A stretch of 64,000 nt of DNA from Elusimicrobiota bacterium (GTDB taxonomy: Bacteria; Elusimicrobiota; Elusimicrobia; F11), in the NCBI GenBank assembly GCA_046153645.1, contig JBJXGI010000042.1, positions 116,947 to 180,946 of the forward strand, read 5' to 3'. Every line of letters starts with the position of its first letter. The stretch's first letter is position 1. A program made the position numbers and the translations under genes. Below, in pieces: positions 43,542 through 52,952 of the stretch. The notes under the pieces were generated by a model, which searched no databases, was not told where the DNA came from, and saw nothing but the letters and a program-made list of their open reading frames with translations.

Positions 43542-45416
43542 AAACAGAGATTCTTTATTTCTATTTTCTTTCTTGTATTCTAAGCGGACAAAATATTTTT
43601 GACCCAGTGATATGCCGTTTTTGAATTGGAACCCTGTCAATGTTCCTTTTTCTCCGCTGATGAAGTCTCGATAAAATCCGATTGTTTGAATTCTCCAGGT
43701 GGGGATGATTTGAGCAACAAATCCCAAATCTCCACCAATTCCCATCCGATGATTATCAGTAAACATTCCGGCCATTTGTAGTTCCGCTGCGGGCATGGCA
43801 TAAAATTTTATTTTTAATGGAGAAAATTCAGCGCTGGTTAATCCGCCCGCACCTTTAAATAGGGCCACCAATGATTTCTCAGGAGATGTTTTTAAATCAT
43901 GCGCAGTTTCAAGTGCTAATCGCCCATGCCAGGAAAAGGGTTTGGTCCAATTGTTCCAACTTTCAATTGATTTAATATCAACAAGAGTCAAATCTTCCAA
44001 TGTTAATTTTCCGCTTTTATTGTAATAACGAGTTTTTAGACCAAACATCGTCAGCCCACTTGATTCTAAATAGCCTTGCGGGTTTTCCTCTAAATCATGA
44101 AGTGATCCTCGTGTTGAGAATTCCTCAAAGGAATCATTTTGATTCGAATGCCCAAACCCGATTGCAATCCGGGATGATTTGTGGCTTAAATGAGGAGGAA
44201 TAAAAGTTTTGGTTGAAAAGTCAGATTCAAAACTCTTAGTGGATAATTTGCTGCGACTTTCTAATAACAATGTTTCCCTTGTCTGAATGGCTGGGTTTAC
44301 TTCCTGAACATAACCGTAGCGATGTTTAAGTCTTAAATATGCGGTTTCAAGAATAAGCGCTTTTTCTTGGTTGTCTAAAAGATGAATTTCACTCAAACCT
44401 TTATTTATATCGCCACTAAAAAGTTGGTTTACGATTTTTAAGTTTTTTTTGTTTAACCTTTTTTTCATTGCGAATATTTTGAAACTTAAAGACGGTCTTA
44501 ACGAAATATTTTTAATGAAATTTTTACGATCGGTCATTTTTTTTAAGGTGTCAATTGGAATGGTGCGCCAACGAAAACTTTTTGAAAAATCGAAATCTGT
44601 GTTAACCGCATCCAAAGTTGATAAGAGTTCATATGAACAATTTTTGTTTAAGAAAAAATAGGTTTTGGTAGTTTTTCGTATTTCCCACAAATGGTTAATA
44701 AGTTGATTGAGTGTTTTTCCATCTAAATTTATTTTATATTCCCACAGGTCGCGCGAGTTAACGTCGTTATACTGAAGTACTTTTACATAGTATGGTGACC
44801 ACGCGTATCCTCCCCGGAAACCACCAAGTAATCCGCGCATGGCATAGGTAAAACCTTGGGATTTAATAGATAAAGCGCCGTAGCTGGCAGCAAAATCAAG
44901 TAAGTCTGTTCCTTCTTGTGATAACTCTTTATTGATTCTAAGAAATGTATGGCCATACATAGAGGCTGGATTATTAAGATAACTAGAAGCAAAAATAATG
45001 GAAACTGATTTTGCGCTAAGACGTTCTCGCCACTTTTCTAATTCGGTACAGTTTCCTTGAAAATCATTGGGTGATAATTGGAAGCGATCAACAATCCATT
45101 GTGTTCTGGCGGGGAATTGACACGGGTATGTGGGAGAACTTAATAAAACCTGAATGTTTGTAATTAATTCAGCCTGAGGATCACGATGGCCGATTGAGGA
45201 TAAGAAAAAGGATTTGTCGTTAATTTCACTTTTGAAAGAATTAAAGATATTTTTGCTGTAGTGAAGTAAGTTGGTCCAACTTTTTTCAGAGCCTATTTTT
45301 TCTGTTGAAATTTTTGTTAGGAGGTTTTTTTCTAAATCATTGCGACCCGTGCCAAATGCTTGAATCGCACAGGACCAAAAAAGAAAGATGAATAAGATTT
45401 TTGAGTATTTAAACAT
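43518..45416 (-). CDS. DUF4105 (Lnb-like) domain outer-membrane protein
   Basis: CQFPAR; NPASMYGHTFLR; RDLWEY; YFFLNKNCSY; beta-strand-rich C-terminus ending in F. Confidence 0.78.
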   Translation of the reverse strand: MFKYSKILFIFLFWSCAIQAFGTGRNDLEKNLLTKISTEKIGSEKSWTNLLHYSKNIFNSFKSEINDKSFFLSSIGHRDPQAELITNIQVLLSSPTYPCQFPARTQWIVDRFQLSPNDFQGNCTELEKWRERLSAKSVSIIFASSYLNNPASMYGHTFLRINKELSQEGTDLLDFAASYGALSIKSQGFTYAMRGLLGGFRGGYAWSPYYVKVLQYNDVNSRDLWEYKINLDGKTLNQLINHLWEIRKTTKTYFFLNKNCSYELLSTLDAVNTDFDFSKSFRWRTIPIDTLKKMTDRKNFIKNISLRPSLSFKIFAMKKRLNKKNLKIVNQLFSGDINKGLSEIHLLDNQEKALILETAYLRLKHRYGYVQEVNPAIQTRETLLLESRSKLSTKSFESDFSTKTFIPPHLSHKSSRIAIGFGHSNQNDSFEEFSTRGSLHDLEENPQGYLESSGLTMFGLKTRYYNKSGKLTLEDLTLVDIKSIESWNNWTKPFSWHGRLALETAHDLKTSPEKSLVALFKGAGGLTSAEFSPLKIKFYAMPAAELQMAGMFTDNHRMGIGGDLGFVAQIIPTWRIQTIGFYRDFISGEKGTLTGFQFKNGISLGQKYFVRLEYKKENRNKESLFSLNRYIF

Positions 45417-45434
45417 CAATGCGGGATACAAATA

Positions 45435-45467
45435 AAAAAGCGTGTGAGGCGAACCTCACACGCTTTT
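45435..45467 (-). terminator. Terminator/stabilising hairpin between DUF3015 and DUF4105
   Basis: aaaagcgtgtgagg-cgaa-cctcacacgctttt; the minus strand has a UUCG loop and a U-tract. Confidence 0.85.
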
Positions 45468-45485
45468 CTTGAAAAATAAACGAAA

Positions 45486-45971
45486 TTAACTTAAAAGATC
45501 CATGCGGTTCTGCAACGATTGTTGAAGAGCAGTCATGAATTCCGTTGAAGTTGTTTTCTCTGAAGGAAAGAGAGCTGAATATTGACTTTGAAGATAGTTG
45601 TTTAAATCAGGCATCTTTTGAGCGGTCACACCCAAGAGAGAGCTAAGAGCGCTTAAATAAGAGCCGCTGCCTTTGGAAAGCTCATAACGAAGATGTTCGA
45701 AGTTTACTTCGACAAAAGTTTGGATTTCTTGACTTTGAGCCACCAACCCATCTTCTGTGCAACCAGACGTTCCAGAAGTAATTCCGAAAGTTTGAGTTCC
45801 ATAAGAATTATTGAAGGTTGAAGCAAGAATTTGAAGTCCTTTGCTTTTGTTGTCTTTGACGCCTAACATGTAAATTAATCCACATCCTGCCATAGGGTGA
45901 TTATTTTTCGCTTCGGCGACAGTTGGTAGAATTAAACTTGCAACGAATGCTGTTAACACTAATTTCTTCAT
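45486..45971 (-). CDS. DUF3015-family secreted protein
   Basis: Signal peptide; AGCGL; QTFGITSGTSGC; E.SKG.G.YL; GGAGG RBS. Confidence 0.85.
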   Translation of the reverse strand: MKKLVLTAFVASLILPTVAEAKNNHPMAGCGLIYMLGVKDNKSKGLQILASTFNNSYGTQTFGITSGTSGCTEDGLVAQSQEIQTFVEVNFEHLRYELSKGSGSYLSALSSLLGVTAQKMPDLNNYLQSQYSALFPSEKTTSTEFMTALQQSLQNRMDLLS

Positions 45972-46030
45972 TTGGCCTCCTCGATTTTTTGAAAATAACT
46001 ATTTTGATGCACTTTCATCATACATAAAAA

Positions 46031-46984
46031 TCATTTCATTCTGAACCAATCAATTGTTTTGATAATTCCTTTTTCAAAAGGTACGTGAGGATTCCATTTC
46101 AGAACTTTTTTGGCTAGCGAGATATCGGGTTGTCGAATTTTAGGATCGTCGATGGGCAGTGGTTTAAAAATGAGACGGCTTTTACTATGGCACGCTTTAA
46201 TGACCATTTTTGCACATTGCTCAACAGTCATTTCTGTAGGGTTTCCAATATTAACTGGGCCCACATAATTTGAGAGCAACAAGCTTAAAATGCCACGTAT
46301 TTCATCTTCAATATAAGTAAAAGAGCGAGTTTGTTTTCCGTTGCCAAAAACGGAAACCGGCTTATTTTGAAGAGCTTGAGAAATGAAAGCGGGGATGGCT
46401 CGGCCATCATGGCCTCGCATTCTAGGGCCATAGGTATTAAAAATTCGAACAATGCGAACAGGAACTTTGTGAACACGGTGATAAGCCATGGTCATGGCTT
46501 CTCCAAATCGTTTGGCTTCGTCATAAACGCCGCGGGGACCTACTGGATTTACATTTCCCCAATAAGATTCATTTTGTGGATGGATTTTGGGGTCTCCATA
46601 AACTTCGGAAGTGGATGCCAAAAGAAAACGAGCTTTTTTTTGTTTGGCAAGCCCCAGCATATTGTGAGTTCCAAGGGCGCCTACTTTGAGAGTCTGAATG
46701 GGTAGTTTTAAATAATCAATGGGGCTCGCAGGGCTCGCAAAATGAAGAACAGCAAAGAGAGGATGGGAAATAAATAAATTTTTGGTGACATCATGTTTAA
46801 GCAATTTAAATCGAGGATGGTTTTTTAAGTGAGCGATATTATCAGGATTGCCAGTTAAAAAATTATCAACACAAGTAACATGGGCTCCTTCTTCGAGTAA
46901 TAAGTCGCACAAATGGCTCCCTAGAAATCCAGCGCCACCCGTTACTAATATTTTTTTATTTTTAAGTCTATTTTTTGAGATCAT
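46031..46984 (-). CDS. uxs: UDP-glucuronate decarboxylase-family SDR
   Basis: [52 protein letters not shown]. Confidence 0.92.
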   Translation of the reverse strand: MISKNRLKNKKILVTGGAGFLGSHLCDLLLEEGAHVTCVDNFLTGNPDNIAHLKNHPRFKLLKHDVTKNLFISHPLFAVLHFASPASPIDYLKLPIQTLKVGALGTHNMLGLAKQKKARFLLASTSEVYGDPKIHPQNESYWGNVNPVGPRGVYDEAKRFGEAMTMAYHRVHKVPVRIVRIFNTYGPRMRGHDGRAIPAFISQALQNKPVSVFGNGKQTRSFTYIEDEIRGILSLLLSNYVGPVNIGNPTEMTVEQCAKMVIKACHSKSRLIFKPLPIDDPKIRQPDISLAKKVLKWNPHVPFEKGIIKTIDWFRMK

Positions 46985-47705
46985 CTATTAACCAGAATTT
47001 AAGCATCGTATAAATTGCAGAAATTCCATCCTTCCAATTAATTTTTTTTCCTTCTTGATGAGTCCGAGCATGAAAGGAAATGGGCACTTCAAAAATTTTG
47101 TGGTTTAACTTAACTAATTTTATTGTTATTTCAGGTTCAATTCCAAAACGTTCTGATCTCAATGGAAAACTCTGAATGATAGGCCTTTTGATGACTTTAT
47201 AACACGTTTCCATATCAGTCAACTTAAGACCTGTTAAGAGATTAGAAAAGCAGGTGAGAATTTTATTTGCCCAAAGTTGTCTGGTAATAAAATTTCTTGG
47301 TAGATCTCCTAGAAAACGCGATCCATAAACAACCTCCGTTTCACCATTAATAATAGGAGATATCAAATTTTTATAATCGGAAGGGTCATATTCTAAATCA
47401 GCATCTTGTATCAGTACAATTTCTCCGGTGGCGTGTTCTATACCTGTCCTAACGGCGGCCCCTTTTCCTTTATTAACTTGGTGATAAATCACTTTAAGTT
47501 GAGTATTTTGATGGTGAGTTGATTGAAATTTTAATTCTATTTGTTTTAGGAGCTCAGTTGTTCCATCGGTAGAGGCGTCATTAATCAGGATAATCTCTTT
47601 TGGAGTTGGTTCCGAAATAATGAGTTTAAGAATTTTTTCTAAATTTTGAACCTCGTTATAAACAGGGACAATAACTGAAATGAAATTGAATTTAAAATCT
47701 GACAC
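46968..47705 (-). CDS. GT2 glycosyltransferase (DPM1-like)
   Basis: [49 protein letters not shown]. Confidence 0.92.
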   Translation of the reverse strand: MSDFKFNFISVIVPVYNEVQNLEKILKLIISEPTPKEIILINDASTDGTTELLKQIELKFQSTHHQNTQLKVIYHQVNKGKGAAVRTGIEHATGEIVLIQDADLEYDPSDYKNLISPIINGETEVVYGSRFLGDLPRNFITRQLWANKILTCFSNLLTGLKLTDMETCYKVIKRPIIQSFPLRSERFGIEPEITIKLVKLNHKIFEVPISFHARTHQEGKKINWKDGISAIYTMLKFWLIDDLKK

Positions 47706-47756
47706 GAAGCTAATTTATCAAATCTATTTTGCAAATAGCTATGATAACATTGCGAT

Positions 47757-48899
47757 ATGAATTCTTCCGTCGAAATATTCGACTTTGTATTTGTAGGTGG
47801 GGGCTTGGCTGCAGGTTTGGCGGCTTACCGACTCAATCAACAATATCCACGAAAAAGAATTCTCATTATTGAAAAAGGTTTGATGTTGGGTGGGAATCAC
47901 ACCTGGTCTTTTCACGATCAAGATCTAACTTATTTACAAAAAGTATGGATGAAGCCTTTTATTTCTGCTCAATGGCCTTGTTACGAAGTTCAATTTCCTC
48001 AATATTCAAGAATTATTAACTCGCCTTATTATTCTCTATCTTCTGCGCGGTTTCACTCTGTTATTTTAGCGACGGCTATCCAATTTCGATTTAACACCAG
48101 TGTCAAAAAAATGACCCCAAAGTCGCTTGTTCTAGAATCAGATGAAATAATTGAAGGGCATTGTGTTATTGATGCCAGAGGTTGGGATAACGCTGCCAAT
48201 CACGTTCAGTTGGGTTTTCAAAAATTTGTTGGTTTTGATTTGGTTCTCAAAAAACCACATGGTTTAGCCCATCCGGTACTAATGGACGCGAAAATTAAAC
48301 AAGAAGATGGCTTTCGCTTTTTTTATTTACTTCCTTGGGAGGAAAACCGCCTTCTCATTGAAGATACGCACTATAGTGAATCTTCAGTTATTGATAGAAA
48401 TTTATTTCATTCAGAAATGCTTTCTTATGTCAAAAAGAAGAATTGGGAGATCGAGAAACTTGACCGAATTGAACAAGGATGTTTACCGATTCCGATTCGT
48501 GGAACTTTATCGAATTGGAATGATTCTATACCTAGAATTGGAACATTGGCGGGGCTTTTTCACGCAACAACCAGTTATTCTCTTGCTCAATCAGTAAGGT
48601 TGGCCGATGAAATAGCAGATTTGAAAACATTTGAACCCCAAGATATGTTTGAATGGACGTATTCAAAAGCTAAAGATCATTGGAATCGCCAACGATTTTA
48701 TCGTTTTCTAAACCGAATGCTTTTTTCCGCTATAAAACCAGAGGAAAGATATTCCGTTTTGCAGATGTTTTATAAAAAAAATGAAAATTTGATTTCACGA
48801 TTTTATGCGGATAAATTAACAGGCGTAGATTTAATTCAGTTTTTTTTAAGCAAACCTCCGCGGGTTTCATGGGCCAAGTTGGTTAACTGTTTTAATTAA
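47757..48899 (+). CDS. crtY: Lycopene beta-cyclase
   Basis: GGGLAAG; GGNHTWSFH; QKFVG; PVLMDA; QEDGFRFFYLLP; IEDTHYS; EQGCLPI; FHATTSYSL; LNRMLF. Confidence 0.92.
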   Translation: MNSSVEIFDFVFVGGGLAAGLAAYRLNQQYPRKRILIIEKGLMLGGNHTWSFHDQDLTYLQKVWMKPFISAQWPCYEVQFPQYSRIINSPYYSLSSARFHSVILATAIQFRFNTSVKKMTPKSLVLESDEIIEGHCVIDARGWDNAANHVQLGFQKFVGFDLVLKKPHGLAHPVLMDAKIKQEDGFRFFYLLPWEENRLLIEDTHYSESSVIDRNLFHSEMLSYVKKKNWEIEKLDRIEQGCLPIPIRGTLSNWNDSIPRIGTLAGLFHATTSYSLAQSVRLADEIADLKTFEPQDMFEWTYSKAKDHWNRQRFYRFLNRMLFSAIKPEERYSVLQMFYKKNENLISRFYADKLTGVDLIQFFLSKPPRVSWAKLVNCFN

Positions 48900-48904
48900 A
48901 TTTT

Positions 48905-49951
48905 ATGAATAAAGATAAAACAACAAAAAATAACTCTGATTTATTTACTGATCATCTTCAGTTAAAAAACTTCAATAAAATATTGGAATTAAAATTTGGA
49001 GGAGAAATTGGCGATTTATTGACCTCTGTTTTATGGAAACCGTTTATAGATTTAACCGGACGCCGAGGGAAAAAGATTCGAGGTCGATTGGTTGAGCTTG
49101 GTTTTCTTCTCAGTGATGAAAAACCCTCTATTGAAAAAATAGAACAATGTAAAAAATTAATGGTTGCTATTGAATATTTGCACGCAGGGTCTTTAGCCGT
49201 TGACGATGTGCAAGATGGCAGTCAAACCAGAAGGGGCGAACCTTCTCTTCATTTAAAATATGGGCTGCCGATTGCTCTTAATATTGGCAATTGGCTCTAT
49301 TTCCTCCCGCTCGAAATAATCAGGGATTTAAATTTAAACCCTTTGCAAGAATTGGAATTGTTTCATGTCTATCATAGAACTCTGACTCGAGCGCATATGG
49401 GTCAAGCCATGGATATAGGGCTTCCTGTTGATGTGTTACCTCAAGATCGCGTTTATCCTGTATGTTTGGCTTCAATGGAACTAAAAAGCGGTGCTCTTTT
49501 TTCATTGGCATTGGCTTTAGGCGCTATTTTGGGGGGTGTAAATGAGAATCAACTTCAAGCGTTAGATCGGTTTGGCCATGGTTTTGGAATAGGATTACAA
49601 ATGTTTGATGATATTGGTAACTTGAAAGGAGCCGCTGATCCCATCAAAAAATGGGAAGATTTACTTTTAAGGCGCCCCACTTTTGTTTGGGCCTGTGCCG
49701 CAAAATATTATTCTAAAGAAATTTATGAGCAATTTATTTTAGCCATTCATCAATTACCGCATGATTCACACCCTCTTCTTATTTGGCTTAACCAACATCA
49801 TTTCATAGAAAAAGCCAAACAATTAGCTCATGAACATATGAAAAATTGTTTTCAGGTCTTTGAAAAAGAATGCGGTCAAAATTCTTCTTATAAACTCATC
49901 TACCCTAAATTAACAGAACTGGCTTTAGAAGTATCTCAAGCTTATGAATAA
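48905..49951 (+). CDS. crtE: Polyprenyl (probably GGPP) synthase
   Basis: GKKIR; FARM DDVQD..RRG; HMGQAMD; LKSG; SARM variant DDIGN; located in the crt operon. Confidence 0.82.
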   Translation: MNKDKTTKNNSDLFTDHLQLKNFNKILELKFGGEIGDLLTSVLWKPFIDLTGRRGKKIRGRLVELGFLLSDEKPSIEKIEQCKKLMVAIEYLHAGSLAVDDVQDGSQTRRGEPSLHLKYGLPIALNIGNWLYFLPLEIIRDLNLNPLQELELFHVYHRTLTRAHMGQAMDIGLPVDVLPQDRVYPVCLASMELKSGALFSLALALGAILGGVNENQLQALDRFGHGFGIGLQMFDDIGNLKGAADPIKKWEDLLLRRPTFVWACAAKYYSKEIYEQFILAIHQLPHDSHPLLIWLNQHHFIEKAKQLAHEHMKNCFQVFEKECGQNSSYKLIYPKLTELALEVSQAYE

Positions 49952-51476
49952 GAAAAAAGCCATTGTGATTGGAAGTGGTTTTGGTGGTATTTCTGCAGCG
50001 ATTCGATTGCAAGCGGCAGGTTTCCAAACAACGCTTATTGAAAAAAGAGATCAGCCCGGTGGAAGAGCCTACGTTTATAAAGACAAAGGTTTCACCTTTG
50101 ATGCTGGTCCCACCGTTATTACTGCCCCTCACTGTTTAGAAGAATTGTTTGAATTATCTGATAAATCTATAAAAGATTATGTGGAAATGATTCCTATTTT
50201 TCCTTTCTATCGACTTTTCTGGGAAGATGGTTATCATTTTGATTATTCTAACGATGATCAATTATTGTTTGAACAAATTCGGAAGAAAAACTCTGTTGAT
50301 GAGACGGGGTATAAGGAATTTTTAAAATATTCGGAAGCTGTTTTTCATGAGGGGTATGAAAAACTTGTGGACGTCCCGTTTTTAGACTGGTGGAGTATGT
50401 TGCGGGTGGCACCACAATTAGCGCAGTTGTCAGCTTATCGCTCTGTGTATAGCATGGTTTCAAAATATATTTCGGATCCACAACTCCGGCAAGCTTTTAG
50501 TTTTCATTCTCTTTTGGTGGGTGGTAATCCATTTTCTTCATCGGCTATTTATACACTGATTCATTGTTTAGAGAGGAAATGGGGCGTGTTTTTCCCTGCT
50601 GGGGGAACGGGAGCTTTGGTTCAAGGACTTATTCGACTGTTTAAAGATTTGGGAGGAGAATTTCATTTAAATTCTCCTGTAGAGAAAATAAAAACTTCTC
50701 ATGGTTTGGTTTCGGGTGTAGATCTCAAATCGGGAGATTTTTTCCCGGCCGATTTGGTGGTGAGTAATGCCGATGTTGTTCACACGTACCGCGATCTCTT
50801 AAAAGATGAGAAACAAATAGCTTCAACATCTTCAAAAGTTCAGAAGATGCGTCACAGCATGTCTCTATTCTTAATTTATTTTGGTACCAACAAGAAATAT
50901 CCAAACTTAGCACATCACAATGTTATTTTTGGCCCACGTTATAAAGAATTATTAAAAGACATTTTTTCACGTGGTGTTTTGGCTGATGATTTCTCACTCT
51001 ATCTTCATGTCCCTTCAGTCACCGATCCCAGTTTGGCACCGGCCGGATCAGAAGCGTTTTACGTGTTGTCTCCAGTCCCTCATTTGGAGAAAGGAAAAAT
51101 TGATTGGGGTAGGCAAGGACCAATTTATGCAAAAAAAATATTGGATTATCTTGAGGCTCGCTATATGCCAGATCTCAAGAAACATATTGTGACCCAACGA
51201 ATTTTTACGCCGCTTGATTTCAAAACAGAATTAAATGCTCATTGGGGTTCTGCTTTTTCGTTGGAGCCCATTTTAACCCAGAGTGCTTATTTCCGAACGA
51301 AGAACAGAGATCAAAACATTTCTAATTTATATTTTGTTGGCGCTGGAACTCATCCGGGAGCTGGTATTCCTGGCGTTGTTAATTCCGCAAAAGCCACTGT
51401 CAATCTCATTTTAAAGGATTATGGACTTTCAAACCGCTCTTCCTACTTGCGAACAGCTCATCACGCAGGGGTCTAA
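49944..51476 (+). CDS. crtI: Phytoene desaturase
   Basis: IGSGFGG; FDAGPTVIT; SFHSLLVGGNP; DDFSLYLH; YFVGAGTHPGAGIPGV. Confidence 0.96.
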   Translation: MNKKKAIVIGSGFGGISAAIRLQAAGFQTTLIEKRDQPGGRAYVYKDKGFTFDAGPTVITAPHCLEELFELSDKSIKDYVEMIPIFPFYRLFWEDGYHFDYSNDDQLLFEQIRKKNSVDETGYKEFLKYSEAVFHEGYEKLVDVPFLDWWSMLRVAPQLAQLSAYRSVYSMVSKYISDPQLRQAFSFHSLLVGGNPFSSSAIYTLIHCLERKWGVFFPAGGTGALVQGLIRLFKDLGGEFHLNSPVEKIKTSHGLVSGVDLKSGDFFPADLVVSNADVVHTYRDLLKDEKQIASTSSKVQKMRHSMSLFLIYFGTNKKYPNLAHHNVIFGPRYKELLKDIFSRGVLADDFSLYLHVPSVTDPSLAPAGSEAFYVLSPVPHLEKGKIDWGRQGPIYAKKILDYLEARYMPDLKKHIVTQRIFTPLDFKTELNAHWGSAFSLEPILTQSAYFRTKNRDQNISNLYFVGAGTHPGAGIPGVVNSAKATVNLILKDYGLSNRSSYLRTAHHAGV

Positions 51477-52371
51477 AAGTTTTTCTTTAGCTGCACGCGT
51501 GTTTCCAAAAGAAACACGTCAAGCGGCTTTTGCTCTGTATTCTTGGTGCCGTCATTGTGATGACGTGATTGACGAATCAATTTTAGGAATGAAAACAACA
51601 CCCTCAAACCCCAGTGATAGAGGAGTAAAAGATAAGTTATTAAAAGATTTAGTTGAGAAAACAAAACTGGCTTATACGGATTATGTTTTTTCCGACCCCA
51701 TTTTTTTCTCTTTTCAATATGTTGTTAAAAAATATCACATTCCCATTGAATACCCTTTGGATTTATTAGAAGGAATGAAAATGGACATTTCGCATCAGGA
51801 ATATAAAACCATTTCTGATTTAGAAAAATATTGTTACTGTGTGGCTGGAACGGTGGGACTTATGATGTCTCATATTATGGGACTTAGTGATGAGAAAGCG
51901 TTAAAAAATGCTTGTGATATGGGAATTGCCATGCAGCTCACCAATATTGCCAGGGACATAAGAGAAGATTTTGAGATGAACCGAATTTATGTTCCTTTAG
52001 ATTGGTTAAAAAAAGAAAACATTCCTGCAGAAAAATTATTAGATTTAGAGCAGCGGGCCAAGTTAGTAACAATAGCGAAAAACTTAGTTAATGAAGCTGA
52101 AAGTTTTTATGAGTCTGGTGATAACGGTTTAAATAGTCTCTCTTTTCAAGCCGCTTGTGCCGTTTCTTCAGCAAGAGAAGTGTATTCTCAGATTGGAAAA
52201 CAAGTTGTTCAAAAAGGGCCTCAGGCGTTTCAAGAAAGAACGATTGTATCTTTACCAGTAAAAATATTTGTTATGTTAAAAGGGATTTTTAAGATTTTTA
52301 GTTCACTTCCCAAACGAATATTTCACCCTTGGAAAAGAGTGTCCATTAATAAAATGTGGAGAATGACATGA
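51421..52371 (+). CDS. crtB: Phytoene synthase
   Basis: GSKSF; YSWCRHCDDVID; YCYCVAGTVG; QLTNIARDIRED; RIYVP. Confidence 0.95.
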   Translation: MDFQTALPTCEQLITQGSKSFSLAARVFPKETRQAAFALYSWCRHCDDVIDESILGMKTTPSNPSDRGVKDKLLKDLVEKTKLAYTDYVFSDPIFFSFQYVVKKYHIPIEYPLDLLEGMKMDISHQEYKTISDLEKYCYCVAGTVGLMMSHIMGLSDEKALKNACDMGIAMQLTNIARDIREDFEMNRIYVPLDWLKKENIPAEKLLDLEQRAKLVTIAKNLVNEAESFYESGDNGLNSLSFQAACAVSSAREVYSQIGKQVVQKGPQAFQERTIVSLPVKIFVMLKGIFKIFSSLPKRIFHPWKRVSINKMWRMT

Positions 52372-52952
52372 GTCAAGTAAAAGAATCTTTTTGGAATGAG
52401 TTTGTCGAATATGTAAGCCAATTTCGAGTTTTTAGTAAGGGAGATTGGCAATATTATATTTGCTGGATTGGACTTATGATGGGTCTTTTTATTTCAACAA
52501 CTGCATTTCTCTTGATGGGTCATTTTCATGGGGTGCGTTACCCGGCTTATGTTTGGAATATTCCCATTGGGACTGCCACATTTATATTGGCCATTGCTCT
52601 TGATACCATTGGGCATCGAACACGTTATAAAGAACGATTGGATAAAGGTGAAGGTTTTGTTCACACCATCACTATTTTTTTAGGAATCTCTTCCATTGTT
52701 TTGTTGTGTTTAGGTTATTCACGTCCTGATTTTTTTAGAATTCCAGCCTTGGTATTTATGGCCATGTCTATTTTTTACAGCATTGTTGATGAGTGGATGC
52801 ATTGGGGGCGGTATGTTGCTGGTGAATCCGATCGTGTTGAAATGTGGAGTCATGTTTTTATTTTTCTAGGTCATATTATTATGAGTCTTGCCTGGTGGCA
52901 TTGGTTTGAACAAGGGTACCCAGGTGTTTCCGCCACACTTTTTTATTTTTAG
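52368..52952 (+). CDS. Hypothetical multi-TM protein with duplicated DxxxH...ExxxH motifs (putative di-metal enzyme)
   Basis: ATGA overlap with the crtB stop; ~5 TM segments; DTIGH/EGFVH and DEWMH/EMWSH. Confidence 0.75.
   Translation: MSQVKESFWNEFVEYVSQFRVFSKGDWQYYICWIGLMMGLFISTTAFLLMGHFHGVRYPAYVWNIPIGTATFILAIALDTIGHRTRYKERLDKGEGFVHTITIFLGISSIVLLCLGYSRPDFFRIPALVFMAMSIFYSIVDEWMHWGRYVAGESDRVEMWSHVFIFLGHIIMSLAWWHWFEQGYPGVSATLFYF

Noticed and set aside
38374..47705. Genomic island integrated at tRNA-Glu
   Set aside because: No integrase was found, and I saw no duplicated tRNA 3' end by eye.
52368..52952. Blh/Brp retinal-forming dioxygenase or rhodopsin next to the crt genes
   Set aside because: The protein is too short with a different His pattern, has no retinal-binding Lys motif, and no opsin gene is in the window.
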